DNA of 64,000 nt from positions 20,499-84,498 of IMG/VR virus record IMGVR_UViG_3300009506_003033; one strand, given 5' to 3'. The notes under the pieces are model-generated. The model saw only the letters and a list, made by a program, of their open reading frames with translations, did not search any database and was not told the origin of the DNA. Positions 9,201-18,803 of this stretch are shown piece after piece; position 1 is the stretch's first letter, and each line of letters begins with the position of its first letter. The translations under genes and the position numbers were made by a program. Source of the DNA: a virus.

Positions 9201-10056
9201 ACAATGGCTGACTGAACGTTTGGGTGGTATCGGAGCCAGCGAATCGGCCGCAATTCTCGGCTATGATCCATATCAATCTCCGTGGTCAATCTGGCAGAAG
9301 AAAGTTGATCAGGTCATCGAAGACGTTGACAGCGGTCCGATGGCCGAGTGGGGTCATCGTCACGAATCAGCGATTGCCCAGAAATTCTCCGAAGAGCATC
9401 CCGAATTCGAGATTCAGGATCCCGGAGATTATTACATCGAATGGGCAACCGGATTGTCTGTGCCGATGTTCTGCACGCCCGATCGTATTCTTTATCACGG
9501 CTCTGAGAAATCGGTGCTGGAATTGAAGTGTGCATGGTATGATCGGGCGAAAGAATTCGAGGATGATCTCCCGATTCATTATCGAATCCAGGTGACTCAT
9601 CAGATGCTTTGTCTCGGGATTGAACATGCCTACTACGCGGTACTTCTGAATGGCTATGATTTCCGCTGGTATCGCGAAGAACTGAATGAGAAATTCGCCC
9701 AAGCATTGGTGAAGAAGCTGACAGAATTCTGGGAATTGGTCCAATCGAAGACGGCCCCGGCGACAGACTGGCGGAACGGAACGAAGCAAGCCATCGTCGC
9801 CCATTATGGAGTCGCTGACGTCACCATCGAACTGCCAGAACGAATGGCAACAGTCGACTCAGAGCGAGAGCGACTCAAGTCGCAGAGAGCTGATATCGAT
9901 CGAAAAATCAAAGCCTACGACAACGAAATCAGGGCAGCACTCGGTGAGGCGACAACCGGCGTGCTTCCAGACGGACAGACGGCGTTGACATGGGCACCGA
10001 GGAAAGACGGCGTTAGGATACTCGGACGCAAGACACTCCAAAGAGAGGCATGCTGA
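9190..10056 (+). CDS. YqaJ/lambda-exonuclease family protein
   Basis: WLTERLGGIGASE, GHRHE, TPD..LELK, Y.IQV..QM. Confidence 0.9.
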   Translation: MNREQWLTERLGGIGASESAAILGYDPYQSPWSIWQKKVDQVIEDVDSGPMAEWGHRHESAIAQKFSEEHPEFEIQDPGDYYIEWATGLSVPMFCTPDRILYHGSEKSVLELKCAWYDRAKEFEDDLPIHYRIQVTHQMLCLGIEHAYYAVLLNGYDFRWYREELNEKFAQALVKKLTEFWELVQSKTAPATDWRNGTKQAIVAHYGVADVTIELPERMATVDSERERLKSQRADIDRKIKAYDNEIRAALGEATTGVLPDGQTALTWAPRKDGVRILGRKTLQREAC

Positions 10057-10610
10057 TGCAAAAGCGTACCACTCGTTGCACGGCATGCGGAAGAATATTT
10101 GCCGTGGATGCACGTCGAAACAACGAGGGAATCCCCATCCGTGAGAGGCGAGAAGCCGTTCCGGGTACGTCCTATGCTGTCCTGTGGTGCCCTTGGTGCC
10201 ATGAGGCGAGTGGCTGGAATGGGAAGCATCAGACGATTGCAGCACTGAAACGATACGCATCGATGCTCGTGAACGCAACTGTGAAGAATGCGGCTGTTCG
10301 GCCTGATGGCAGAGTCGAATGCGTGACCTGCGGATTGCTGCTAGACCGAGACGACAACCGCGTAAACGCCGGCCACTGCGCCCCACAACTCCAGTCCACC
10401 AGTTATTACTACGACCAAAGGTGTATCAGGGTCCAGTGCGCAGCGTGCAACTGTGCCCGCGGTGGAATGCAATATGAATTCTCACAAGTGATCATTGCCG
10501 AGGAAGGTGAGGAATTCTGGAATGAGGTGCTGGACGCAAAAAACCGCAAAGATGTTCCATCCGTGACAGTTGGAGAACTTAGGGAAGTGATCAATCAGTA
10601 CGACAGGTGA
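10050..10610 (+). CDS. NinG/Rap-like recombination endonuclease
   Basis: CVTCG..NAGH..QCAACN zinc/HNH-like motifs. Confidence 0.75.
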   Translation: MLMQKRTTRCTACGRIFAVDARRNNEGIPIRERREAVPGTSYAVLWCPWCHEASGWNGKHQTIAALKRYASMLVNATVKNAAVRPDGRVECVTCGLLLDRDDNRVNAGHCAPQLQSTSYYYDQRCIRVQCAACNCARGGMQYEFSQVIIAEEGEEFWNEVLDAKNRKDVPSVTVGELREVINQYDR

Positions 10611-10701
10611 ATCCGTGCTTCCCCATCGCTGTAAACACGTTGCGACGCATCGCACTTATGTCGTTGGTCGCGAGTATGTCTGCTTTTTCAAGGAATGTAA
10701 A

Positions 10702-10923
10702 ATGACGATGGTACAAGAGATTATTCGACGCCTGGAACATTACGGATATACATCACCAGGTGGGTTCAACCTCGCCGCAGACATCCTCGAATTGGCTGCG
10801 CATGAATCCGATAACCGGACGAATCGCGCAGACGATGCGATGCGAATACCTGACATGATCGGCGACACAGCGCGGATGCTGCGAGAAATGGCGCAGGCAC
10901 ATATCGATCGAATTTTAGGATAG
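10702..10923 (+). CDS. Hypothetical protein
   Basis: AAGGA RBS; helical ORF. Confidence 0.5.
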   Translation: MTMVQEIIRRLEHYGYTSPGGFNLAADILELAAHESDNRTNRADDAMRIPDMIGDTARMLREMAQAHIDRILG

Positions 10924-10990
10924 GGCCAGTCCGGTTGCCGCTGGGCCCGTTTTGTTGTTGCCCGGTTGTTGCCCGGATGGGAGCTGAACG

Positions 10991-11302
10991 ATGGAAACGA
11001 TCGAAACCTACACGTTTGAATCTAGAATGGCAGACGAACGTAGCAGGCAAATTCGGAAGTGGGGCGAGCAAACGCACTCCGGACATGCATGGATAGCGAT
11101 ACTTGTCGAGGAAGTCGGCGAATTTGCGAAAGCTGTCAACGAGGAAAAACTATCTGGTGCTTTGGATGAACTAGTCCAGATAGCTGCGGTGGCCAAGGCC
11201 GCGTGGGAAATGGCAACAGAGAAGCGAGGAATTCTTGAGCCAATCTGGGGCGAATGCTTGCAGACGCCAGCTGATGCAGACTTGACAACGACGCCGGATT
11301 GA
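10991..11302 (+). CDS. MazG-like NTP pyrophosphohydrolase domain protein
   Basis: ERSRQIRKWG..ILVEEVGEFAKA..ELVQIAAV. Confidence 0.75.
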   Translation: METIETYTFESRMADERSRQIRKWGEQTHSGHAWIAILVEEVGEFAKAVNEEKLSGALDELVQIAAVAKAAWEMATEKRGILEPIWGECLQTPADADLTTTPD

Positions 11303-11473
11303 GCAAAAATCATGGCTTCGTCAACACAGACCAAAACGCCAGATGCGTTTAGATAGGGCCGCTGTCCGGGTTCGCCCGGCACGCGGCCCGCTTTGTTGTT
11401 GTTCGGAGGGAGGTGATAATCTTGAACCCCACCGCTATACCAGGTGGCTTGTGATCGCGGGGCAGTGCCCCGC

Positions 11474-11502
11474 TTTACAGACTGATCGACTGTGTGTATA
11501 AT
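11474..11502 (+). promoter_or_regulatory. Sigma70 promoter with extended -10
   Basis: TTTACA-17-TATAAT with TG upstream of the -10. Confidence 0.65.
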
Positions 11503-11641
11503 TCAGGTGCCAAAAGTCACATGGAAGACAAAGCAATGTCACAAGACCCTCAAACCCGCAGCGGCCAGATGGATGAACCATCGGGTCGCATTGCTTCGGC
11601 CCTGGCAGGCCGCCGCGGGTCTGGGGGTCTTTCTTTGTCTT
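11503..11641 (+). ncRNA. C4/CI-like leader RNA, copy 2 (cloverleaf)
   Basis: a=TGCCA, b=AGCAATG; stem 11543-11631 encloses hairpin GATGG/CCATC, loop CATTGCT and bulge TGGCA. Confidence 0.55.
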
Positions 11642-11848
11642 CTCTAGACGAGGCCCCGCAAGTGATGATCGATGTCGCCGATCTGGTGGACTGCTTGCCG
11701 CTAGAGCATGCTACTGAAATGTCCATCTGGTTGCGAAATGCGGCCGAATATGTCGCTGGATTGTCACGAAGGTGAAGCACAGCCCGGCCCAGATCCCAGC
11801 CGGTTAAGGCCACGACTCAGCGAGCCAAAATGGGACGGCAGCCCCGCA

Positions 11849-12127
11849 GGTAACTTCGGGTGCGATAAAATCCAGGCCATAGCCACGCAAATACTCGGCC
11901 ACCATCGAGGGCTTGCGGTAGCGTTGGCCGTTAGCTGGAAGGCTATTAAGGTTTCTACCATGACTTCCTAAAAGATCATGCCCGAGGCGATCTATGATTT
12001 CTGGCGGGACAGTTATAGCCTTCCAGTCAACGGCCACGTCGGATTCGTGGAAGGACCCTTTGTTGGGCGGTTGGATACCACGTTAAAAACACGGAGCGGG
12101 CTAGGGGATTTTGCGCAAAGATTTACC
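11849..12127 (+). ncRNA. Candidate large structured ncRNA
   Basis: Nested long-range stems (11925-11946 with 12015-12036; 11860-11884 with 12099-12117) in a region without a credible ORF. Confidence 0.5.
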
Positions 12128-12153
12128 GAATCTGATTTCTGAGGACGTTATCC

Positions 12154-12537
12154 GTGTCACGCCATAGACGTCAAACAAAGAACCAACATCGCAACAGTGA
12201 TAACGAATCGTATCGCAAAGCACTCGGTCATACACAACGTTCTGGTATTTCTCGCAACGAAAACTTCCACGTCGCCACAACGCATGTCGCAATTTTTCCG
12301 ACTCTTGTGAGACGTAATCGGCAGACACAGGAAACCGTTTCGGAATCTGACAACGGTTTGATTTCTTTGAAAGAAAACCAGAAACCGAACCGCAACTTCG
12401 AGATTCGGGATCTGGCCAACAAAACGGTTGAATACTGTATTCAACGGCTGAAGACCATGGATATGGACGCCATGTCAGTACGCCGATTTTTCCAGTACTT
12501 GGCCGAGGTTTGTGACGACGTAACCAACGACAGGTGA
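12154..12537 (+). CDS. Hypothetical protein
   Basis: GAGGA RBS with GTG start; ends in the boundary repeat. Confidence 0.45.
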   Translation: MSRHRRQTKNQHRNSDNESYRKALGHTQRSGISRNENFHVATTHVAIFPTLVRRNRQTQETVSESDNGLISLKENQKPNRNFEIRDLANKTVEYCIQRLKTMDMDAMSVRRFFQYLAEVCDDVTNDR

Positions 12538-12541
12538 GACA

Positions 12542-12742
12542 GTGACTACAGAATCCGCTAAATCTGAAACTCAGCAGGCTGAGCATGTTCTCGATGGTGC
12601 TGACATGAATCAGGATCTCCACCAGCTGATTGGCTACGTGTGGTCTTGTGGTGCGGAATCGCCGGACTTTCCAGTATCACAACTGTTGGAGCTTGCACGA
12701 TGTTTTCTTTGCAAAATACCGACCATTAACCGAGGTTTGTGA
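12542..12742 (+). CDS. Small cassette ORF
   Basis: Lies between repeats; AGGTGAG RBS supplied by the repeat. Confidence 0.5.
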   Translation: MTTESAKSETQQAEHVLDGADMNQDLHQLIGYVWSCGAESPDFPVSQLLELARCFLCKIPTINRGL

Positions 12743-12768
12743 CGACGTAACCAACGACGGATGCCCCG

Positions 12769-12954
12769 ATGGACGAATGTGAACTCTGCGGAGATACAGA
12801 TTTTGATCATCATAAGTGTGTTCAATGTGGCAGGGTTATTTGTACTGAATGTTGTGAATGGTGTCATGATGAAGATGACGAACCGAGTGGTGAATGGTTT
12901 TGTACTGAATGTATTGAAGCAGCAATTGTTGACGACTTAACCAACGACAGGTGA
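12769..12954 (+). CDS. Small Cys-rich zinc-finger protein
   Basis: Four CxxC pairs. Confidence 0.6.
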   Translation: MDECELCGDTDFDHHKCVQCGRVICTECCEWCHDEDDEPSGEWFCTECIEAAIVDDLTNDR

Positions 12955-12958
12955 GACG

Positions 12959-13246
12959 ATGATTCAACCACTGACACTGGAAGAGGAGATTAACTTGCTT
13001 CCACCGCTGACACCGGAGGAACAAGCGGTATGTGACTCGATTGACTTCAATGCGATCATTGCCAAAATGCACGCAATGATGCCACCGGAAGAACGTCCGA
13101 AATGGCAAGTAATAGATGATCGTGGTGGCTCAATTAAACTGTTCTTCAAGGAAAGTGATGCGTACGACGATGCCACAGAACGCAACTACCGCGCAGGCAA
13201 CTATGGAGTCTATGCTAGATACCATGTAATCCGATACGTAACATAA
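12959..13246 (+). CDS. Small cassette ORF
   Basis: RBS supplied by the repeat. Confidence 0.55.
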   Translation: MIQPLTLEEEINLLPPLTPEEQAVCDSIDFNAIIAKMHAMMPPEERPKWQVIDDRGGSIKLFFKESDAYDDATERNYRAGNYGVYARYHVIRYVT

Positions 13247-13261
13247 TCGACGATAGGTGAG

Positions 13262-13462
13262 ATGATGGAATCGTATACACATGGTACTTGGGAATCAGCC
13301 ATACAATTTGTAATGGAACACATTGACGATTTTCGGAACGGCCGGACAGATGTATATGTTGCTGGACGAAAGAGACGGCTGAGACTTACTTCAAGTCAAT
13401 TGGCTGAACTTATCTGCCTGGCGGAATGGAGACTGGAACAATGCCAAAAGTCAGTGACATGA
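13262..13462 (+). CDS. Hypothetical protein
   Basis: AGGTGAG RBS from a degenerate repeat copy. Confidence 0.5.
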   Translation: MMESYTHGTWESAIQFVMEHIDDFRNGRTDVYVAGRKRRLRLTSSQLAELICLAEWRLEQCQKSVT

Positions 13463-13734
13463 CCAGCGAAGAATTGGCGCGGCTGATTGATGAGCGATTT
13501 AAGATTGCCGTAGATGATTTGGTGAAGCACGGAGAATCTGTGGGCCGAGCGTTTTTATTGCAGCAAGTGAATCAGTTGCGAGAAGAGATTCGCACTACGA
13601 ACGAGCGGCTGGACAAAGCGGCCAAGGTATTCGATCACCTGAAAAACGCAGTCAGCGAGCACGATCAGTGGTTGCATTCGATGAGACATCAGGCGGCGCC
13701 GGCCGAGATATCCAAAGATTTGGGCTCGGGATGA
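13441..13734 (+). CDS. Coiled-coil protein
   Basis: GGAG RBS; heptad pattern. Confidence 0.55.
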   Translation: MPKVSDMTSEELARLIDERFKIAVDDLVKHGESVGRAFLLQQVNQLREEIRTTNERLDKAAKVFDHLKNAVSEHDQWLHSMRHQAAPAEISKDLGSG

Positions 13735-14343
13735 ACACCGGCGCCGTTTTTTTCAAAGAGAGCGTGTCATGAAAGAACAGTCAGATCGACGAATCCAACG
13801 ACATCCAATCGCGCCGAAGCGAGACAGGCAGGCAATTGCCACAAAGGCCATTCGACGCCGGGCGATCGAAGAAGGTTGGAACGTGCGGCCAGTCGACTTG
13901 GGCACCGAAGGTGTGATATTGGCTGCATGGGGGACGATCGAACGAGGACTCAAGAAATGACGAACGAGTGCAGTAACCCGATTGATGATCGTAGGGATGA
14001 TTGGTGGACTTGGACGGGTGAATCGACTTGCGGATGTGAATGCAAATGGGTGCCACTGATAGGAATAGATTTTCCACCGATCGTGAGCCAGGTTCCACCG
14101 AAAGAAATCTGCGTGAAGCCGGGAGAGACAAGTCTGTGGCAGATTACAAAGACGAGACGTCGCAGAAGAAGCCGCTGATACCAATTCAAAATCTGGCAGC
14201 AATGATACTGTTATCATGTTGTATGTGGGGTTTTGTTGGTTTGATCATAGCATCGATATTATTGATGCTGTAGAAGACACCTTGTAGGTGTATCCGTGGT
14301 CAAGCGGTTTTAGGGAGGCTGCTTGGCCAGGGTAGACGAAGCC

Positions 14344-14378
14344 GTGGCGGCGGAGTGGTGTCCGCCGCCACATTTTTC
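14344..14378 (+). terminator. Rho-independent terminator
   Basis: GTGGCGGCGGA/TCCGCCGCCAC stem followed by ATTTTT. Confidence 0.7.
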
Positions 14379-14388
14379 GTTTTGAATA

Positions 14389-14416
14389 TTGACACACCCG
14401 ATCCGGTGATTATGAT
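14389..14416 (+). promoter_or_regulatory. Sigma70 promoter
   Basis: TTGACA-16-TATGAT. Confidence 0.7.
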
Positions 14417-14424
14417 GGGTGGTA

Positions 14425-14536
14425 GCGGAGCCCAACCCGCAGATGAAACCTACGAAGTGACTAACGCCTTTCATTGCGACGGTGGGCTCCGTAGGTGCCC
14501 GTTGGGAACCGTCGCAGTGAGAGGCGTTGTTTTGTT
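14425..14536 (+). ncRNA. C4/CI-like leader RNA, copy 3
   Basis: GCGG-AGCCCAAC-CCGC hairpin, b=ACCTACG; stem 14463-14528 encloses loop CGTAGGT and bulge GTTGGG; sequence related to copy 1. Confidence 0.7.
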
Positions 14537-14548
14537 AATCACACCCCA

Positions 14549-17071
14549 ATGAATGTTCATTTTGACACTCGTGATATCGATAGCTATCGGCTGTTTTGCA
14601 AGATCAAACGGCTGCCAACTTATCAACTGACTGGCCATGTCGCGACGTTTCCAGACGAGTACGCAGCCAAACTGGGATTGCAAGGCATCACGAACGAAGA
14701 GATTGGTTATGAGCCACATCCTGACGTATTTGATTACCAACGGGATATAGTGCGAATATGTCTGAGGAAGCGAAAGTTCGCTATTTTTGCTGATTGCGGA
14801 CTTGGCAAGACAATTATGTTTCTGGAATGGATTAAGGCTCTGGGAACGGTACTCAATGGCAAATCAGCACTGATTATATCTCCATTGATGGTGATTCCGC
14901 AGACGATTGCCGAGAGCCGAAAATGGTTCTACGAGGACTTGCCAATTCAACAAGTGCGAGCAGCGGAACTTGTACGGTGGCTCAAATCTCCGACGTCTCA
15001 GATTGGTATCACCAACTATGATGCATTGACACAAGATGGACTCACTAATCGCAATCTCGGAGCATTGGTACTAGATGAAAGTTCAATGCTTAAGAGTCAT
15101 TATGGCAAATGGGCCAGCCAATGTCTCGCACTCGGCCAGGGATTGGAATGGAAATTAGCTTGTACCGGTACGCCAGCACCGAATGACAGAATCGAATATG
15201 CAAATCATGCGGTGTATTGTGATGCGTTTTCATCTATCAATGGTTTCTTGGCAACATTTTTTGTCAATCGTGGCCAGACACAGGAACGATGGGTGCTAAA
15301 AGATCATGCATTGGAATCATTCTATCGTGCATTGTCGCATTGGTGCATCTTCCTGACTCGACCGGAAATCTATGGCTGGAAGGACAACACTCAACCTTTG
15401 CCGCCGATCGTGATTCACGAGCACGACATAGCGTTAACAAAAGAACAGCAATCGATATTCACATCAGAAACGGGAGAACTGTTTGCAAACCGCATGGGTG
15501 GAATTCGCACTAGAGGTAAGCTCGGGCAGTTGGCAAAGGGCCATCACAATGGCAAGGAAGTATCGACGAACAAGCCAGCAGCTATTCGCCGATTGATACA
15601 GCAGTGGCCGGATGAATCGACGATTGTGTGGTGTATCTACAACCGAGAACAAGATCAGCTCGCGAAAGAAATACCAGAGGCGGCAAGCATCTCAGGAGCA
15701 ACTCCCATTGGACAACGATTAGAATTAATCGAGGAATTTAAAGCTGGTATCCGTAGGATACTGATAACCAAGCCAAAGATACTTGGATTTGGTTTGAATC
15801 TGCAAATTGCCACGAGGCAAGTATTTGCTGGGCTACAAGACTGTTATGACGACATGACGGAAGTGTTGACTCGCAATGGCTGGAAAACATTTGGCGATTG
15901 CGACATGGATGATCAGCTGGCCACGTGCAATCCGACGACGCTCCAGTTTGAATGGCAATGGCCAACAGAAATCATTTGGTCCGAATATATGGGGCCAATG
16001 ATTCAGTTTGGCGGCCAGCGAGGCTTCGACTTACTCGTAACACCCAATCATCGGATGTTTGTTTGCAGGTGTCCGATCAGGTATCGGTTGGCAAATAGAG
16101 CGTGGCATTTCCGGTATGCCAACGAACTATGCGAGAATTACAGACGACAGGAATATCGCATGTTGTCATGCTCGCAACTCTGGCGTGGCGATTCGCCAGA
16201 GGTAATTGTAAACACATGCGAATCCGGCCGATCGCGATGGGCTACTGTCAAAACGGTGCACGAAATGGCAACAGAGGACGCGGTACGACTGGCGGGATGG
16301 TATGTGACTGAAGGGCATTGCAGATTGCCAACGACAGCTGAATTTGGTCGCATTGTAATATGTCAGAGTGATGGTAATCCATCAAATCGGGCGGAGATCA
16401 TCGACCTGCTGTCTAGGTTGTTCGGTTCCGTAAACACAAACACTAAGGATTTGACGAGCTATTGCCGGCACGTGGCACACTGGCTGCTGTCTGAGTTCGG
16501 GCATGGATCACATAACAAGCGTCTCCCCCGCTGGATTAAGGATCTTGATGCTCGTTATCTTTGTATATTGCGAGATGTCATGATGAAAGGCGACGGTGGG
16601 GCTACTGGCCGATATTATCGAACAGCGAGCCGACAATTGGCCGACGACTTCCAGGAAGTGGCAATCAAAACTGGCATTCGGGCATCCGTTAAACCCCGCA
16701 TTTGCAAGGGCTCGACTTTATACGATGTCGTTCTGGAATACGAGCATACGCAACCATCAATATCGAGTACTCCGTCTGTCGTCAGCTACGAAGGCATGAT
16801 AGGGTGTGCTCGGGTGATGAATGGGACACTGATTGTGCGTCGCAACGGTATCCCAGTCGTGAGCGGCAACAGCTACGAATCATTCTATCAGGCGGTGAAA
16901 CGTAGCAACCGCTATGGTGCTGTTAAATCACTGAATGTCCATATCCCTATGACAGATTTAGAGCGACCTATGGTTGAAAATGTGCTTAGGAAAGCAAAAC
17001 GGATTGATGAGGATACTCGGGCACAGGAGAGATACTTCCGACGAGCATCAAAGGAACTTGCGTCGTGGTAG
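14549..17071 (+). CDS. SNF2-like helicase interrupted by an intein
   Basis: DCGLGKT, LDESS, CTGTPAPND, GFGLNLQ, YQAVKRSNRYG motifs. Confidence 0.9.
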   Translation: MNVHFDTRDIDSYRLFCKIKRLPTYQLTGHVATFPDEYAAKLGLQGITNEEIGYEPHPDVFDYQRDIVRICLRKRKFAIFADCGLGKTIMFLEWIKALGTVLNGKSALIISPLMVIPQTIAESRKWFYEDLPIQQVRAAELVRWLKSPTSQIGITNYDALTQDGLTNRNLGALVLDESSMLKSHYGKWASQCLALGQGLEWKLACTGTPAPNDRIEYANHAVYCDAFSSINGFLATFFVNRGQTQERWVLKDHALESFYRALSHWCIFLTRPEIYGWKDNTQPLPPIVIHEHDIALTKEQQSIFTSETGELFANRMGGIRTRGKLGQLAKGHHNGKEVSTNKPAAIRRLIQQWPDESTIVWCIYNREQDQLAKEIPEAASISGATPIGQRLELIEEFKAGIRRILITKPKILGFGLNLQIATRQVFAGLQDCYDDMTEVLTRNGWKTFGDCDMDDQLATCNPTTLQFEWQWPTEIIWSEYMGPMIQFGGQRGFDLLVTPNHRMFVCRCPIRYRLANRAWHFRYANELCENYRRQEYRMLSCSQLWRGDSPEVIVNTCESGRSRWATVKTVHEMATEDAVRLAGWYVTEGHCRLPTTAEFGRIVICQSDGNPSNRAEIIDLLSRLFGSVNTNTKDLTSYCRHVAHWLLSEFGHGSHNKRLPRWIKDLDARYLCILRDVMMKGDGGATGRYYRTASRQLADDFQEVAIKTGIRASVKPRICKGSTLYDVVLEYEHTQPSISSTPSVVSYEGMIGCARVMNGTLIVRRNGIPVVSGNSYESFYQAVKRSNRYGAVKSLNVHIPMTDLERPMVENVLRKAKRIDEDTRAQERYFRRASKELASW
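15842..16870 (+). mobile_element. Intein with LAGLIDADG homing endonuclease (343 aa)
   Basis: GLQD|CYDDMTEVLT..VTPNHRM..LAGWYVTEG..MMKGDGG..VVSGN|S. Confidence 0.92.
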
Positions 17072-17925
17072 ATCTCCCACACGATATCATTCGCGTATTT
17101 CCCAGAAAAGCTGGATGGGTCCCGGATGATGGCATGGCATATGTTGGTGCACCTCTATTATTCCGAGAACCAGCAAGAGAAGTACATGTCTCTTGTACCT
17201 TTTCTTGGGACATGAACGAATGCGAACGATTAGCAAGAGAATGGCGGCAATTCTATAGTAATGTGAAAATTGGTGGGCCAGCATATGACACAAGACCAGA
17301 TGATTTTGTTCCCGGGATGTATTTGAAACATGGATATACTATAACATCGAGAGGCTACCATCATCGTTGTGCATTTTGCAAGGTGCATGAGAGAGAAGGA
17401 CCATTACGCGAATTGCCAATCAAAGATGGATGGATTGTGGAGGATTCAAATCTGCTTGCATGTTCGCGGAGGCATATCGAAGCTGTTTTGGAAATGTTAT
17501 CGAAGCAGCCGGAACCAGCGAGGTTTACCGGTGGATTTGAGAATCAGCTCGTCACACCATGGTTGTGCAAAGCATTGAAAGAACAGATACGGACAAGAGT
17601 TGTGTACTTGGCATATGATCGGCAAGCCCAAGCGAAATCATTGTCTAGGGCAGCTGCAATGCTATTGGAGCATGGGATACCTCGCGGTGCAATTCGCTGT
17701 TATTGTTTAGTTGGCTTCGGGGACGATACGGTTGAAGAAGCTGAAAAGCGAATGCGATGGGCATTTACACAAGGGGTTACACCATTTGCTATGTACTATC
17801 GTCCAGTGGAGACCCGACAATGGCGAGTGCCTCCTGGAGACTGGAAAGACCTCGTTCAGAATTGGATATGGGACAAAGTGATCTTTGCACGAATGGCAAA
17901 ATTAGGTATAGAGACAAAAAAATGA
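17065..17925 (+). CDS. Radical-SAM-like protein (first Cys of the motif replaced)
   Basis: VKIGGP, TSRGYHHRCAFC, EDSNLL, FTGG, YCLVGF. Confidence 0.75.
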   Translation: MVDLPHDIIRVFPRKAGWVPDDGMAYVGAPLLFREPAREVHVSCTFSWDMNECERLAREWRQFYSNVKIGGPAYDTRPDDFVPGMYLKHGYTITSRGYHHRCAFCKVHEREGPLRELPIKDGWIVEDSNLLACSRRHIEAVLEMLSKQPEPARFTGGFENQLVTPWLCKALKEQIRTRVVYLAYDRQAQAKSLSRAAAMLLEHGIPRGAIRCYCLVGFGDDTVEEAEKRMRWAFTQGVTPFAMYYRPVETRQWRVPPGDWKDLVQNWIWDKVIFARMAKLGIETKK

Positions 17926-18803
17926 TTGAGCCGTTAGCAGATGGATCCAGATGGCATTTATACCGTGGAGATTGCATTGAACACATGGCAGAGCTGCCAC
18001 AAGCGTGCTTTGATTTTGCTGTGTTTTCACCACCATTTCCGAGCCTCTTTGCTTACACGGATCTTGCTGAAGATATCGGCAACACGGATGATGTAGAAGG
18101 CGAAGGAAGACTGCATTTGTCCTGGTTTTATCGGCAGCTGGTGCGAGTGATGAAGCCAGGTCGTGTAGTGATGGTTCACGTGATGCAGATACCGTGTCTG
18201 GAACGTAGCGGTAAAGAAGGGTTGATTGATTTCCGGGGACTGAATATTCGTATCGGACAGCGAAGCGGATTGATTTATGACTACGATTGGTTGATCGGAA
18301 AAAACCCACAGGCTCAAGCGATACGTACTCGATCTCATTCGCTGATGTTTGTAACGATGGAACGTGATCGAGCCAAGATTCGCGGTACTCTTGGGGATTA
18401 CTTAATCAAATATCGCATTCCTGGAGAAAACGCGGTTCCTATTGATTCTGAAGGACAGGTAACGCGGAACGATTGGATTTCTTGGGCGGAGGCATGTTGG
18501 CCGTGGACGGACATACGCGAGACAGACACATTGAATGTTGCCGCAGGTCGCGATCAGAAAGACACGAAGCATATTTGCCCATTGCAATTGCCGGTCATAC
18601 GCAGATTAGTGAAGATGTACAGCAATCCAGACGAAATCGTTTTTTCGCCATTTGCTGGAATCGGAAGTGAGGGAGTTGAAGCATTGAAGGCAGGCCGGAG
18701 ATTCTACGGATGCGAGATCAAAGACAGTTACGTCAAGGCAGCACGAGCGAATCTAACGAAGACTGTGGCGAAGGAAGAGGATCAAATGGTTCTGTTCCGA
18801 TGA
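17922..18803 (+). CDS. DNA N4/N6 methyltransferase
   Basis: GDC..FSPPF, KHICPLQL, SPFAGIGSEG. Confidence 0.9.
   Translation: MIEPLADGSRWHLYRGDCIEHMAELPQACFDFAVFSPPFPSLFAYTDLAEDIGNTDDVEGEGRLHLSWFYRQLVRVMKPGRVVMVHVMQIPCLERSGKEGLIDFRGLNIRIGQRSGLIYDYDWLIGKNPQAQAIRTRSHSLMFVTMERDRAKIRGTLGDYLIKYRIPGENAVPIDSEGQVTRNDWISWAEACWPWTDIRETDTLNVAAGRDQKDTKHICPLQLPVIRRLVKMYSNPDEIVFSPFAGIGSEGVEALKAGRRFYGCEIKDSYVKAARANLTKTVAKEEDQMVLFR

Larger units (their letters stand above)
12503..12957 (+). repeat. Gene-boundary direct repeats
   Basis: CCGAGGTTTGTGACGACGTAACCAACGAC exact at 12503-12531 and 12730-12758; GACGACTTAACCAACGACAGGTGAGAC at 12931-12957. Confidence 0.9.

Noticed and set aside
11494-11664. 5' part of the 93-aa ORF 11494-11775
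   Set aside because: It begins inside a promoter and crosses the leader RNA; a start near 11662-11668 is more likely.
12503-12957. Repeats as a CRISPR array or integron attC sites
   Set aside because: Spacing of about 200 bp contains whole ORFs; no palindromic attC structure and no integrase seen.
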